DNA of 64,000 nt from Octopus bimaculoides (lineage: Eukaryota): positions 119,740,660-119,804,659 of the forward strand of contig NC_068984.1 in the NCBI RefSeq assembly GCF_001194135.2, in the 5' to 3' direction. A model generated the notes under the pieces. The model was not told where the DNA came from. It searched no databases and saw only the letters and a program-made list of their open reading frames with translations. The position numbers and the translations under genes are program-made. Shown here piece after piece: positions 1 through 13,170 of this stretch (position 1 is its first letter; the number at the start of each line of letters is the position of its first letter).

Positions 1-699
1 CTGACGTTAAAATGATGATAATATTAATGATGAGGATGTTCTGCTGAGGTTGACTTTGCTTTTCGTCATTTTGGGATTGATAAAATAAGTACCAGTTGAA
101 CACTGGGGTCAATGTAATTGACTTACTCCCTCCGTCAAAATTGCTGGCCTTGTGCCAAAATTTGAATCCAATATTAATGATGTGGAGGATGATGATGATG
201 ATATTACGAGTGGGTTTGGTTCAAATTATTATTCTTCACAGGCATATAAAGCTTAGCCTGTATCTAAAATTGAATCAGTAAGTTTAATAGTGTATTTACT
301 TCATACTACAAAAAAAAAATTAGATTTTAATCAAGATAAATATTCCATTATTACCAACTCTCAGTTGCTGTTTCATCACAGTTAAGTCATCAGTTATCTG
401 TTAGCCAGAAGCCATCTCATACAACATTCTCTGTATTTTACACAATTTCAAAAATTTCTGTTAGTCTTATTAAAGTTATCTCTCGTATTTGGTGTTTTTA
501 GATTGTAAACACTCTGAGAAGGAAGTTTTGTTTTCTAATTGTATAGATAATCTCAGTTAATCAATATTCTCCACTCACTATAGTTCATATGTGAGACCCC
601 ACTATATTGGTGTTAAGAAGAACACTCCCCTAAGGTATCTTCTCTCTGCCAAAAGAGAATGATTTGATTTATATAATAACATTTTTGTTGTTTCATATT

Positions 700-1440
700 A
701 GTGTTCATCATCATCATTATCATCATCATTTAACGTCTATTTTCCATGCTGGCATGGGTTGGATGGTTTGACAGGAACTGGCTAGGCCAGGGGCCACACC
801 TGTTTCCATAGTCTCTTTTGGCTTGGTTTCTACGGCTGGATGCCTTTCCTAATGCCAACCACTCTACAGAGTGTGCTGGGTGCTTTTTATGTGACACCAT
901 CACCAGTACTTTTTATGTGGCATCATTACCAGTACTTTTTATGTAGCACCAGCACTTTTTACATGGCACTGTGGTTTTTAGATCTCAGTTCTGTTGTGGG
1001 TAGGTCTTTTTCAGTACAGCTATGCACGACTTATCTCTGTCTTCTGTCATCTTTGTAAATCTCAGCATTTTGAGATCGGGCTTCAATACTTCGTCACATG
1101 TCTTGCTGAGTCTCCCTTTTCCACAACTTCCCTCCACTTTAACTGATCAACTCTTCTTTATCCAACTGTTCTCATCCATCTGCATCACATAATCAAACTA
1201 ATGCAGTCTCCTCTCTTGCACATTACATATAATTCCTCTTATGCACAACCTCTCTCTCAATACACCAGTGCTCTGGTGCACATGCTCACTGACATCACAC
1301 ATCCAGTTGAGCATACTAGTTTTGTTCCTCTCGAGCCTTCACATGTCCTCTGCATTCAGAGCTCACACCTCACTACCGTCTATCATTGAAGTTTGTACAC
1401 ATGCATCATTCAATCTTTCCTTTATTTGGATTGTGCATCA
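700..1440 (-). mobile_element. RTE-clade LINE 3' end (ORF2 tail, 3' UTR and (GAT)n tail)
   Basis: 1440-1000 on the minus strand reads DACVQTSMIDGSEV*ALNAEDM*RLERN..SMLNWMC..VQERRLH*FDYVMQM..VEGSCGKGRLSKT. It runs into the dispersed repeat ending in catcatcat on the plus strand. Confidence 0.85.
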
Positions 1441-2856
1441 TACAATCTTTCCTTCACTTTGTTGCCAACAAAAGTTGCCATTTGTGGGAGCAGTTTGGCT
1501 GAATGGTTAACAAGTTCGCTTTGCAACCACAAGGGCTTTGGTTCAATTCCACTGCAAATGTCATTATAGTCCCAGGTTGACCCATAACTTGTGAATGAAA
1601 CTGGAGAGACAGAAACTGTATAGAAGTTCTTGAGTGGATTATACCTGTAATTCAAAAGGTATAGATATGACACACATGTATCATGCTGATTCTGTTTCCA
1701 AATTGTTAACTTTTTATCATTCAAATTACTCTATCAAATATAACACTTATTTGTTTAGATTGTTTTAATTTAATCATGTAAAAAGCACTGGTGCTGGTGC
1801 CATGTAGAAAGCACCTGGTGCACTGTAAACTGGTTGGCATTAGGAAGGGCATCTAGCCATAGAAACCAAGTCAAAGGAGACTGGAATTCTAGTGCAGCTC
1901 CTGGCCTTACCAGTTTCTTTCAAGCTGTCCAACCCATGTCAGCATGGAAAACAGAAGTTAAATGTTGATAATGATGATGATGGTGATGCATTGTCTCATA
2001 ACTTCAAGATTTCAATGACATTGACATTGTAGAATAGGTGTGAGAGGCTGGATCTGGCTAGTTGTGTGCATATGGTTGGTTTGAATGCTAAAAGTTAAGG
2101 GTGTGTATGTAGAATGGTCAAACACTTATATGTTAATTCAAGAGCAGGTAATTCAGTTAAGCAAACAACTGAATCTTCATCATTGGAAAATTGAGACTTG
2201 ACACCTCCATACTAACCATCTTTATATAACAAGTCTGTGATTGCAAACTGTGGTTGCAATTTTGAATTTATTAATACCACCAGCAAAGTATAAATATTAA
2301 TCTTGTAAATATTGTGGAACTATTTTTATTGATTTTTTTTTTCTGACATAATAACTACCTTTCACATTAAGTATATTTATGGTGTAATTTCCTCTTTCCA
2401 TTTCTTTGAATTCAATATCATTGCCATCATCAACATCATTTAATGTCTGCTTTCCATGCTGGCATGGGTTGGAGTGTTTGACAGGAGCTGGCAAGTCAGA
2501 GGACTGTACCAAGCTCTACTGTCTGTTTTGGCATGGTTTTTATGGCTGTATGCCCTTCCTAATGTCAACCACTTTACAGCATGGACTGGATGCTTTTTAT
2601 GTGGCATGAGCAGCAGTGAGGTCATCAAATAATTTATAAGTCAAGACTATTTTATTTTACCATCACAGTTGAAATTTATGTTAATTTTCTTTTGTTGAAC
2701 TTTCACTTGTAAAATTTGGAAGGAAGTACTATGTTTGTTATATTGTAGATGGTTGAGTGGACAGGATACCAAACAGTCATTTAAGAAGACTGAAATTCAT
2801 ATCCTATAACCAACCCCGACTAACTTAGTTCTCAAATGACTATGTTTTGTCTAGAT

Positions 2857-2935
2857 CAGTGCTTTTCAACCATTTTTTTTAACCTACAGACCCCCTTTTT
2901 TTACTTGGATTGACACCCCCTAGTCATCCAATGTT
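2857..2935. mobile_element. Truncated end of the same hAT MITE
   Basis: cagtgcttttcaacc...agacccc, preceded by GTCTAGAT (the NTCTAGAN target consensus of Charlie elements). Confidence 0.55.
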
Positions 2936-5405
2936 TTAAAAAAATTTCATTGTTGCTGGCAGCTGTAGTGATGGTGGCTTTATCTAGTATCTGAGAATTT
3001 GCTGAATGCTTCCTTTATGGTGATGGCATTGATGACTATGTAGAGCAGTTCTTGGTTTCTAGGACTACATTATACAGGTCAAGTCAGATATGGAGGCATG
3101 CACCATTGCAGCATGTAACTGAATCCATCATTTGTTGGTATCTGTTCAAGTTGTTCTGGGAAAACCTCTGAGCAGTAATGTCCCAGACAGTTTCCATGAA
3201 ATACTTCCTCATCCACTGTGACCATGAGGCATGTGGCCGACTAACATGAGTGGTCACCACAGCTGGTTTCTCAGAGAAGAGAACTCAGAATGTAGTGTGC
3301 AACTTGGAACAGCATCACAAAACATTCCAAGCTGACACTTCCGAATCATACAGGTAATAGGACACATTTTAGTTTCTGTTCATAGTTGTTGGCTGGATTT
3401 GAAATCTGACCAATGGTAACCAATAATCCTGCAAAATACTTCTTCACCCACTGTGACCATGAGGTCGGGTCAACATGAGCCATCACCACTGCTGGTTTCT
3501 CAGAAAAAAGATTATGGTATGCAGGGTACAACTTAGAAAATCGAGCAACATGACCAAGTGGGCTAAGCTGATGCTCCTGAATCATAAAAAGTAACAGGAC
3601 ACAGTTTCTGCATATAGTTGTAGATTGGATTCAGAATCTGACCAAAGGGAGCCCATAATCTTGCAAAACATACTGGTACTGAAGGAGTTCAGGTAGTCCC
3701 TAACGGCTCCAGACATTGTCCAAGTCTTGCAATTGTAGAGCAAGTCAGGGAGGCCCAGAGGCCTGAAGATCTAAACCTTTGTCTCTTGTGTCTGGCAATA
3801 TCTGCAGTATACAGTACATTATCAAGTTTTTTAAGACACTAGAGTGTGATTCGAGGGAGATTTAGTTGCTATTTATAGCAGGTCAAGTGTCCATGTAGAA
3901 GAGGATGCCTTGCTTGGTATTATTACTATTAGTTAGATAAGTAGAAAACTACTTTTTGAAGTTATTTTCAGATTTTTCCTTGTGAGATATGGGAAATTTT
4001 TGTTAATTACAGTATTTTATAGACTGTTGAAAATAACTAAATGGAATATGGATGAGATGGACAGTTTTTATCTTTGCTGGATACTGCTTGATATTGGAAG
4101 TTTCATATAAGTATATTCTTTTATGTATTACTAGAGTTGTTTTTTATTCTATAAAATATGGCTGCCTATTTTTATTATGTATGTAGTTATGAAAACTTGC
4201 TGCTTTGTTGAAGTGATAATGTGTCAGTGAGGAGCCAAAGAATTAATGGTGTTTTTGTGTATGTTTTGCAAAATTCTTGGTGTGAAATTATGTGTTGAAT
4301 CAAGATGTTGTTGTATCTTGGTAGGATTATTTTGTTTGTAAGAAACACATCCATTAGTACCTAACATCACACTCTTTTACATTTTTTAAAAAGCAAAAAA
4401 ACAAAAAAAACAAAAATTGAAAATAATAGTGTACAAAACAATATAATCCTAGATACCACTATTTCTGAATAAGAGACAGGGCTGTCATGGTTGGAATGCC
4501 TTGATAACAGAGCTTGATTCAAGGCTAAACATCTGAACAGGAGCTGAATAACAACAAATAGAACAATAGACTACCAATATGACAATTCATTTGTTAAAGG
4601 TAGTTTGGAAGCTGTTACTTCTTTTCATTGGATGCTAAATGGTAAATGAAATTAGAAGGTTGCACAAAATGACTTCCGGTATCTGTTTTGGTTCTTTGCA
4701 TTCTGGCAGCAACACCTGTGGTGACACTGGTGCCAAGCTGTATTGCTCAAAGTTGGCAGACTTTCCTTTGGATAAAAGACCTCCTTTGACCATGGGATTG
4801 CAAGAAGAAAGCTCCCCTCTGAGGCACAAGTCCAGGCAAATTTGTTTATGGAAGACCAGCGGTTGCCCATGCATACCAGCCTTCTTTCTCTCTCCATATC
4901 ACCAATGTTATCCAAGGGAAAGGCAAAGGCTGATACAGCTTGGTACCTGTGATGTCGCAACTCATTTCTACAGCTGATTGAACTCGAGCTACATGAAATA
5001 AAGTGTCTTGCTCAAGAACACAACACACAACCTGGTCCAGGAATCAAATTCACTACCTCATGATTGTGAGCCCAATGTTCTAACTACTGATAACATCATT
5101 GGAAAAGGCAGATTTGCATGCATGAGTAACTGCAAGTCTACTTCAAAAAGCTTTTTCCCAGGTCTGCACATATATGTACAGATTCATGGTCTACCTTCAT
5201 CAACACAGCCTTCTCCCCAACAATAGAGGAAAGGGTTGGCTGAAGATACTAGCTAGTTTCTCTAATTGTATAAACTTAATCCCCATTCACACCAACACGG
5301 CTGCCTCTCATTCTCTGACAAATAAATAACCCTTAGTTCTTCCAACTGAACATTCTGAGCTGAAATGATATTATCATCATAGTTTCGAAAAGTATTCTAT
5401 TAAAC

Positions 5406-5754
5406 CAAGGGTTCTCAACTATTTTTTATCTATGGACCCCTTTGATTATTATTTTATTCTGGTGGACCCCCATAGTCATTCAATGTTTAAAAACTAGTTT
5501 TATAGAAACTTCTTTCAAAATTCCTATTTGGTTTTTCATAGATTATCTGATGCAGATTGAATTAGATAAAATGTTAGAGAAAGAAACCTAGCTTCTGGCA
5601 ATACATACCAATACATACATCTAAAGCAAAACTTTTTCAGGGGTCCTTAAAATACTATTGTGGATCCTCAATTTACTATTTTGTTGTGTGGACCCTGCAA
5701 AATAATCCTATATGGACCCTCAAGAGCCATATGGGCCCCGGTTGAGAACCACTG
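5406..5754. mobile_element. hAT (Charlie-like) MITE, same family
   Basis: TIRs caagggttctcaac / gttgagaaccactg, with repeated internal tggacccc motifs. The flanking 8-mers tattaaac and tattatat match at 6 of 8. Confidence 0.75.
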
Positions 5755-6251
5755 TATTATATTCTGTAATGCTAATTAATCTTAATCTTTGATTGATGTT
5801 TAATGAATCAGCAAAATAAAAGTGTTTACTATTATCATACTTATGTGCCTAAATTTTGATTGGTATAAAAGAAACTGAATAATGATGATAATAGACCTTT
5901 ATAAATGATTGACTATAATGTTATCATTAACAGTTGCTTGTTTGTTGAACTGCTTTGCTAAATTCTGAGAAATCATTGTCAAACTGCCAGACAATATATT
6001 AGAAAACCCACTGTTGCATCCTTGGTAGTTATTACAGAACATTGGTTATATTTCTGTATTAAAGTGCAAGATAATTGCCATGCTGACCTACTCAGCAAAA
6101 CATAGCCTTCTTTATTGGTGTGCCAGACATCTGAGAATGACAGCAATATTGGTTTGTTAGATTATAAAAGTATGACTAACACAGCTTGGTTAGATATGGA
6201 AGAATGTCTGCTAAATAATGATTGTTCCACCACTCTGTGAACTAACATAGA

Positions 6252-6641
6252 TATTGTGTTGGCACTCCGTCGGTTACGACGACGAGAGTTCTAGTTGATC
6301 CGATCAACGGAACAGCCTGCTCGTGAAATTAACGTGCAAGTGGCTGAGCACTCTACAGACATGCGTACCCTTAACTTAGTTCTCGGGGAGATTCAGTGTG
6401 ACACAGAGTGTGACGAGGCTGGCCCTTTGAGATACAGGTCCAAGAGAAACAGGAAGAAAGAGCGAGAGAAAGTTGTGGTGAAAGAGTACAGCAGGGTTCG
6501 CCACAATCCCCTGCCGGAGCCCTGTGGATCTTTAGGTGTTTTTGCTCAATAAAACCCTCACAATGCCTGGTGTGGGAATCGAAGCCGCAATCCTATGACC
6601 GCAAGTCCGCTGCCCTAACTACTGGGCCATTGTGCCTCCAC
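6252..6641 (-). mobile_element. Full-length tRNA-derived SINE (family E), 11-bp TSD
   Basis: tRNA-like head (GGAGGCACAATGGCCCAGTAGTTAGGGCAGCGGAC..GCTTCGATTCCC) on the minus strand. actaacataga is duplicated at 6241-6251 and 6642-6652. Colinear with 29769-30144. Confidence 0.85.
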
Positions 6642-7617
6642 ACTAACATAGAATGAAGGAGTCTTTATGTTGTTACATGAGTTGCTAGAATTAGTTGTCA
6701 GAACTCCTTCAAACTATACTCTCATCATCATCATCATCATTTAACATCCATTTTCCACACTGGCTTAAGTTGGGCAGCTTGACAGGAGCTGGCAAGGCCA
6801 GTGGCCACACCAGGTTCCATAATCTGTTTTGGCTTGGTTTCTACAGCTGGATGCCATACCCAATGCCTACTACTTTACAGAATGTGCTGGGTGCTTTTGA
6901 CTTGGCACCTTTACCAGTGTTTTTTTTATATGATACGAGCACCAGTGTTTCTTTTACTTCTTGCCAGCACCAGTACTCTTTTCTTACCAGCACCAGTACT
7001 CTTTTCTTACCAGCACCAGTACTCTTTACCATCACCAGTGCTTTTTATGTGACACCAGCACCAATACTTGTCATCTTAAAAATGAATTCATTCAATAATG
7101 AAGTCAACATTATTCTGTCTGACCTCCACCCTAACAGAAAAACCCCCCAAAAAACCAAACTTGATCAAAATAAGATTATCATTACTGATACGCTTTTGAT
7201 CACATGTTTTTTGATGATGGTTGATCTGCAGCTAAACAAAAGCTACAACAGTAGTCAATAGCAGACTGCAAGAGCCAATGAGGCAGCCAAATCTCCATTA
7301 AATTGCATTCTACTCACTTTGCTGTCTTAATAAAAGGAGGTCACATTGGAAGATTTGGTTCTGTCACCACCACCACCACCATCGTTTTTACCGTTCATTT
7401 CTCCATGCTTACAAGGGTCAGGTGGAATTTGTTGAGACAGATTTTTCTATGACTGGATGCCCCTCATGTTGCCAACCCTTGTTTCCAACCAAGGTAATAT
7501 TTTTCCATGACCAGATGCGTTTTTACGGCAGAACAGAAATGAAGGACACCACTTTCATGATGAGGTCACTCATTTACACAACTATTGCATGATATCAAAG
7601 AAAGGAGACAGCGACAT

Positions 7618-7660
<43 letters not shown>

Positions 7661-7791
7661 CACACNNNNNNNNNNNNNNNNNNNNNNNNNNNNNNNNNNN
7701 NNNNNNNNNNNNNNNNNNNNNNNNNNNNNNNNNNNNNNNNNNNNNNNNNNNNNNNNNNNNNNNNNNNNNNNNNNNNNNNNNNNNNNNNNNN

Positions 7792-7832
<41 letters not shown>

Positions 7833-9453
7833 ATGTGCACAGAATGGGCTTCTCTCTATTTCTTTCTATTAAATCCACTCAATGTGATTTGGTTGACCTG
7901 CAGCTATGGCAGGAGACACTTGCCCAAGATGCCATGCAGTGGAACTAAATTTGAAACAGGTGGCATGTAAAAAGCACCCACTACACTCTCAGAGGGCATC
8001 CTGCCATAGAAACCATACCAAATCAAATTGGAATTTGGTGCAGCCCCCCAGCTTTCCAGTTTTCAGTCAAACCGTACAACCTATGCCAGCACGAAAAACG
8101 GATGTTAAATGATGATGATGATGTGGTTGGGAAGCAAACACAGCCATGCTTGTGCTTATTCCGGATATACAGTCTTATTCCTAAGTTACTTGCTAATCCG
8201 CAATCTTTGTAAATGTTGCTGCTAAATATTTAACAGGACTGTGAAGCATTGGTTATATTTTTAGAACAGTGGTGCAGCAGAATTTTCTATATATAGCAAC
8301 ATGGTGCAGCAGACATTGTGATGTTTAGAATCTTGGTTATGCTATTGTTCTTTGGTATTGGAGAGGACAACATAACAAACATTGTTACTTTTATTTTTAG
8401 CAATCATTCTCTTCCTAATTTAATACAGTTCAACAGACAGACACTTAACAGCAACAGTTACAAAGACTGTGGATTAGTTTGTTACTTTGGAGAATTTATC
8501 AAGATTGTTCAATAGCCATTGTGATATTTAGACAATAACTATTACAAAGCAACAGTTATTGTGATCATTTTTGTCATCATTTAACCTTAGGTTGACCTTG
8601 ATGAAGACAGATCTATGGACTATGGTTTTCCATCCTATTTTTTAATATATTATATCTGGAACTACAACATCCAATGTCCTTTTTTGTATTAAGACAGTAG
8701 AGTGTGATTTAAAGGAGATTTCTACTCAAAAGTATTGAGTAATCATTCAGTTTAATGTTTCTTTTTATATATAACTTGACATAAAAACATTTATATCACC
8801 ACCAACACCACCACCATCATCATCATTTAATGTCCATTTCCTATGCTGGCATAGGTTGGATGGCTTGATAAGAGCTGGCAAACCAGAGGACTGCACTAGG
8901 CTCCTGTCTGTTTTGGCATGGTTTTTATGGCTAGACCCTCTTCCTGATGCCATCCACTTCACAGATTGGACTGAGTGCCTTTCCCGTGGCACTAGCACTG
9001 ATATATAATGGTATTAATCAAACTATCAGATGTTGTTAGACATCACTGGTCACAGTATGCTTTGCATTGTTTTAGCTTTCAAATAATACAACCCTACTGG
9101 CTAGGTGAGCAGGCCAACATTCTCCTTGATCAGAAGACTATTCCATCACAGGGTTATCCATTTAGAGCTGAGTGGACTGAGCAACATGAAATAAAGTGTT
9201 TTCGTCAAGAACTCAATGTGCTACCCAGTCTGGGAATCAAACCCATAATCTAGCAATCGTGAGTGCAATACCCTAACAACTAGGCCGCTCATTTTCAAAT
9301 ATAATAATCTATATATTATTATATTCAAAACAATCTGATTTGGCCCCAAATGTTTAAATTTTCATAGGCTTCTTACAGAAACCTATATATTGATATGATA
9401 ATTAGAAGTACTTAATACATGTCATAGAATATAGTATAATTATTTCATTTGAC

Positions 9454-9654
9454 TGAAGCCCTAGAGCTGTTACTCATGAGTTTCTGTGTGCAAGAATGCT
9501 TTGCAAGATGGTAGCTATAAGGGTAGGCACCATCTAACAAAAGTGCCATCTAACAAAAGCATTCATGCTTTGTTAGATGACAGCTACCATCAGAGCTGCT
9601 GTCTGACAAAGCATTCTTGCATGTGGAAACATGAGTAATGGCTTTATAGTTTCA
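9454..9654. repeat. 200-bp imperfect palindrome (fold-back/MITE-like)
   Basis: Left arm ttactcatgagtttctgtgtgcaagaatgctttg pairs with caaagcattcttgcatgtggaaacatgagtaa. Inner pairs are gatggtagct/agctaccatc and catctaacaaa/tttgttagatg. Confidence 0.75.
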
Positions 9655-10430
9655 ACTAATGTTTGTTTGTGTGTGTGTATTGTTGTTGTTTAATCCTAGG
9701 TAAGCCTGAACTGAGCAGACCAGTGGTGAAAGGCATTTCAACCATAGCCATATCATCCTTATTTTAGGTGTTACATCTCCTAACACTACATTATCTAATG
9801 TGTCTTCAGCTTTTCGAAGTGGTAAAGTATAATTTGAAATCTGGCTACTATCTCTAGTAAGTCAAGCAACCATGGAAGGGCTCCTAAGTGACTAGGGTTA
9901 TAAATCCATACCTAAATGTTGTGTATGGCCCAACTACATTTGTCATCATTTATGAGGTGAATGAACAAATGTTGATGTGTCTTGTTAGAACTGGGATTAA
10001 GTGATGGATGATACAAACTGTTTCTGTGAAGCAGAATTTGCTTCTAAGGGGTCATTACTCTGTCTAAAATTGACTAAGCTGTATTTTATTTTTTCTTTTG
10101 AACTTCAATTTCCTCTTTTCTTTATTTATGTGAAGATCTAGATATTTTATTAGAATTTCTTGTTTTGTTTTTTTGTATCATTGCTAAAACAAAAGATTGA
10201 CTGAACTGATCACTTGTTAGACTAAATACCATGCAGTATTTACTTCTACTTCTCAACATGGTGAGATCAAATTCCACTCAGTCAACTTTTCTTTTGATTT
10301 TTCTTTTACTTTTTGTTTTGTTTTTATTTTTTTGGCAAATGGTAAAGTAAATTCAGATTCAATTGACTGTTTGTTCTTCCATGTGAGTTCATAAATTCAT
10401 ACCATTCATTATTGTCATTTCTCTTTCCAG

Positions 10431-10603
10431 TTCTGATCAAGATCATACTGTAGAAGGTGTCATAAAAACTATTGCAAAAGCAATGAAAGGTGACTTTTCA
10501 CGTGTGAAACGGGAATATGCTGCTGAACTGGTTGAAGAGAATTATGACAAAATAGTTAGCTTGCCAAACGTTTATACCTTGATATTGCTTTATGAAAATA
10601 GTG
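10431..10603 (+). CDS. Internal coding exon of a thioredoxin/PDI-fold protein (SDQDHTVEGVIKTIAKAMKGDFSRVKREYAAELVEENYDKIVSLPNVYTLILLYENS)
   Basis: Polypyrimidine acceptor ctctttccag ending at 10430 and donor G|gtaaat at 10604. The 173-nt frame is open (phase 2 in, phase 1 out). AELVEENYDKIV..TLILLY resembles the start of a thioredoxin domain (ELTxxNFDxxV..VLVxFY). Absent from the ORF track because there is no start codon. Confidence 0.8.
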
Positions 10604-11008
10604 GTAAATAAATTTTTCATTTGATATTTTATCATTATTATACACTGATATTGTCAGACTAGTGTCTCCATCTTGGTTGCTATAGTTACAATATTTCAGC
10701 CATTATACACTCTGGTCTTCTTTAAGAGCCTGTCATATTTGGTAATGTTCTCAGAATTTGTGTCCAAGACCTTTATTAAATTCCAAGGTGGTTAGATATA
10801 ACAAACAAGATGAGGACACAGTGTGAACATATCAGTGTATAATAGGTGCAACACTAGCTGTATGGTTAAGAAGTTTGCTTTACACCCATGTGGTTTCAGG
10901 TTCAGTCCTACTGTATTGTACCTTTGACAAATATTTACTGTTATAGCTTCAGGCCAACCAAAGTTTTGTTGTGTGAGTGGAATTGGTTGACAGAAACTGA
11001 AAGAAGGT

Positions 11009-11240
11009 GGTGAGCTGGCAGAAGTGTTAGTACGCCCAGGCAAAATGCTTAGCGGTATTTCGTCTGCTGTTACGTTCTGAGTTCAAATTCCGCCAAGGTT
11101 GACTTTGCCTTTCATCCTTTCCGGGTTAATAAATTAAGTACCAGTTACACACTGGGGTCGATGTAATCGACTTAATCCCTTTGTCTGTCCTTGCTTGTCC
11201 CCCTCTATGTTTAGCCCCTTGTGGGCAATAAAGAAATAAG
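11009..11240 (+). mobile_element. tRNA-derived SINE (family A), CpG-rich copy
   Basis: GGTGAGCTGGCAGAA..TTAG..GAGTTCAAATTCCGCC..GACTTTGCCTTTCATCC..AGTACCAG..CACTGGGGTCGATGTAATCGACTTA. Other copies at about 41-175, 12860-13070, 14866-15085, 17090-17300 (-), 18890-19106, 21541-21628, 59682-59880 and 60655-60760. Confidence 0.85.
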
Positions 11241-11519
11241 AAACTGAAGGAAGCCTATTACATATATACATACATACACGTGTGTGTGTGTGTGTGTGTG
11301 TATCATTTAATGTCTGTTTTTCATGCTGGTACAGGTTGGACAATATATATATATATATATGTATATCTTGGAGTGGTTGGCATTAGGAAGGGCATCCAGC
11401 TGTAGAAACCATACCAAAAAAAGAGTGGAACCTGGTGCAGCTCTCCAGCTTACCAGTTTTCAGTCAAACCGTCCAACCCATGCCAGCATGGAAAACGGAT
11501 ATTAAACGATGATGATGAT

Positions 11520-11571
<52 letters not shown>

Positions 11572-13108
11572 GTTTGTGTGTGTGTGCACATGTGTGTCTG
11601 CACTTGTTTGCATCTTTGAAAGTTATTTGTTTTGTGCCTTTGAAGATATGTCATAATTGCTCCTTTAGTTGAAACTCAGGTTGGGGTTAATGATATGAAG
11701 GGCATCTGGTTGTAAAACAATGCCTCAATGTTACAAGAATTTAACCAAGTAAAACAAATGAATGAATAATACTGATAAATTCTTCATCTTGAAAACTCAG
11801 AGAAAATTTGATATTTTATCATCAGATTAAGAAAATAACAAAGTACTTCTGTAAGTAAGTTGTAGAGTGAAATAAGGGTATTGATATTTCAATCAAAGCC
11901 ATTTCTCTTCAGAGTAAAATTAAAATGTTTCAGATCATGAAATTTGCAGCAATATGATGCAACATCTAAAAAAAATGTTTGACACAAACTTTTATAGATG
12001 TCTACATCTTCAAAAACTTAACAGACTGTTAGGCAATGATTTTCAGTGATTCAGATTTGGGATAATCTTCAGTGGATGTTCTTCCTAATTTGAGATACTT
12101 GTACTTATGGGATCTTGTGGCTCACTCAAGCAATTCTACCCATATGTCTGTAGCCACATCAGAAAAATCTTCATAAAAGTTTTCTTTTTCCCAAATTGAA
12201 ATGAAATTTCATGCAAACAAGTTACTCTGTCAAATCTTTCATTGTTCAGCTTATGACAAAAGATCAGCAGTGACACCATGGATTTTTAGGTGACACACGG
12301 TGAACTGAAAAAAACCTCCCTGTGGTATCCTGTTATAAAGAGCTTGTCTATAAACATTTACTTAAAACTAAACTTAATATATATATGTCAGTTATCACTC
12401 CAACAGCAGGATTATTTAAGAAATTAAAATTGTGATATGCCAAGTTAAAATAGTTCATTATCTTTGGCCTATAGCATTTTCTTTCTCAGCTATTTTATGA
12501 ATTGTTTTGTTTTGTGAAGAATCCACAAATAAATTGAAGAATAACCAAGAATAGCTATGCTACCATATTGAATTTTCAAACAAACAATGAAATCTCTACA
12601 TAGTTGTTGGATCTGCTTTATATAAATACCTAATTTTACTCTTATCACACCCTATCACCTTAAGGAAAAGGGGGCATTAGGTAATGCAGTCCTGGATACA
12701 TTAGGACTACATTGTAGTGTAAAAAGGTGGGCTGATCACAGCTGAAATGCTCTTGGTCAGAGCTGACCTGGGGTTATGGCATCAAGGGAGTGTATATATT
12801 AATGTCTTCTGTTATTACAAAATGTCTAGGGATATTAATATTTCATAATAAATTTGCATGGCGAGCTGGCAGAATCATTAGCACGCCAGGCAAAATGATG
12901 AGCAGCATTTTGTCTGTCTTTACATTCTGAGTTCAAATTCCACTGAGGTTGACTTTGCCTTTCATCTTTTTGGTGTCAATAAAACAAGTACCAGTTCAAC
13001 ACTGGGGTTGATGTAATTGACTTATTCCATCCCCCAAATTGCTAGCCTTGTGCCAAAATTTGAAACTAATATTTCATAACAAATTAATGAGTCTGTAATT
13101 GGTTTCAG

Positions 13109-13170
13109 AGGCTAAAGAACATCTTTCAGTCTTCGAGAAAATTGCTGCCAGTTTCCGGAATGATTTTAAT
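13109..13170 (+). CDS. Internal coding exon, same gene ((E)AKEHLSVFEKIAASFRNDFN)
   Basis: Acceptor ggtttcag ending at 13108 and canonical donor AAT|gtaagt at 13171. Phase 1 in matches the previous exon (G+AG = Glu); phase 0 out. FEKIAASF matches the thioredoxin helix-2 pattern (YEKAAxxL). Confidence 0.8.

Noticed and set aside
355-400. Minus-strand CTGATGA..GAAAC spacing like a hammerhead
   Set aside because: Helix II does not close, there is no UH after the helix III candidate, and no helix I.
8400-8515. Possible exon NHSLPNLIQFNRQTL resembling the PDI b/b' linker (xxLPLVIEFTxQT)
   Set aside because: The acceptor is good but there is no convincing donor, and none in the phase needed to join 10431. 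Similarity is too short to trust.
12081-12113. LPNLRYLYLWD, a leucine-rich-repeat-like peptide
   Set aside because: Single short match with an in-frame stop a few codons upstream. It lies between two exons that already splice in phase.
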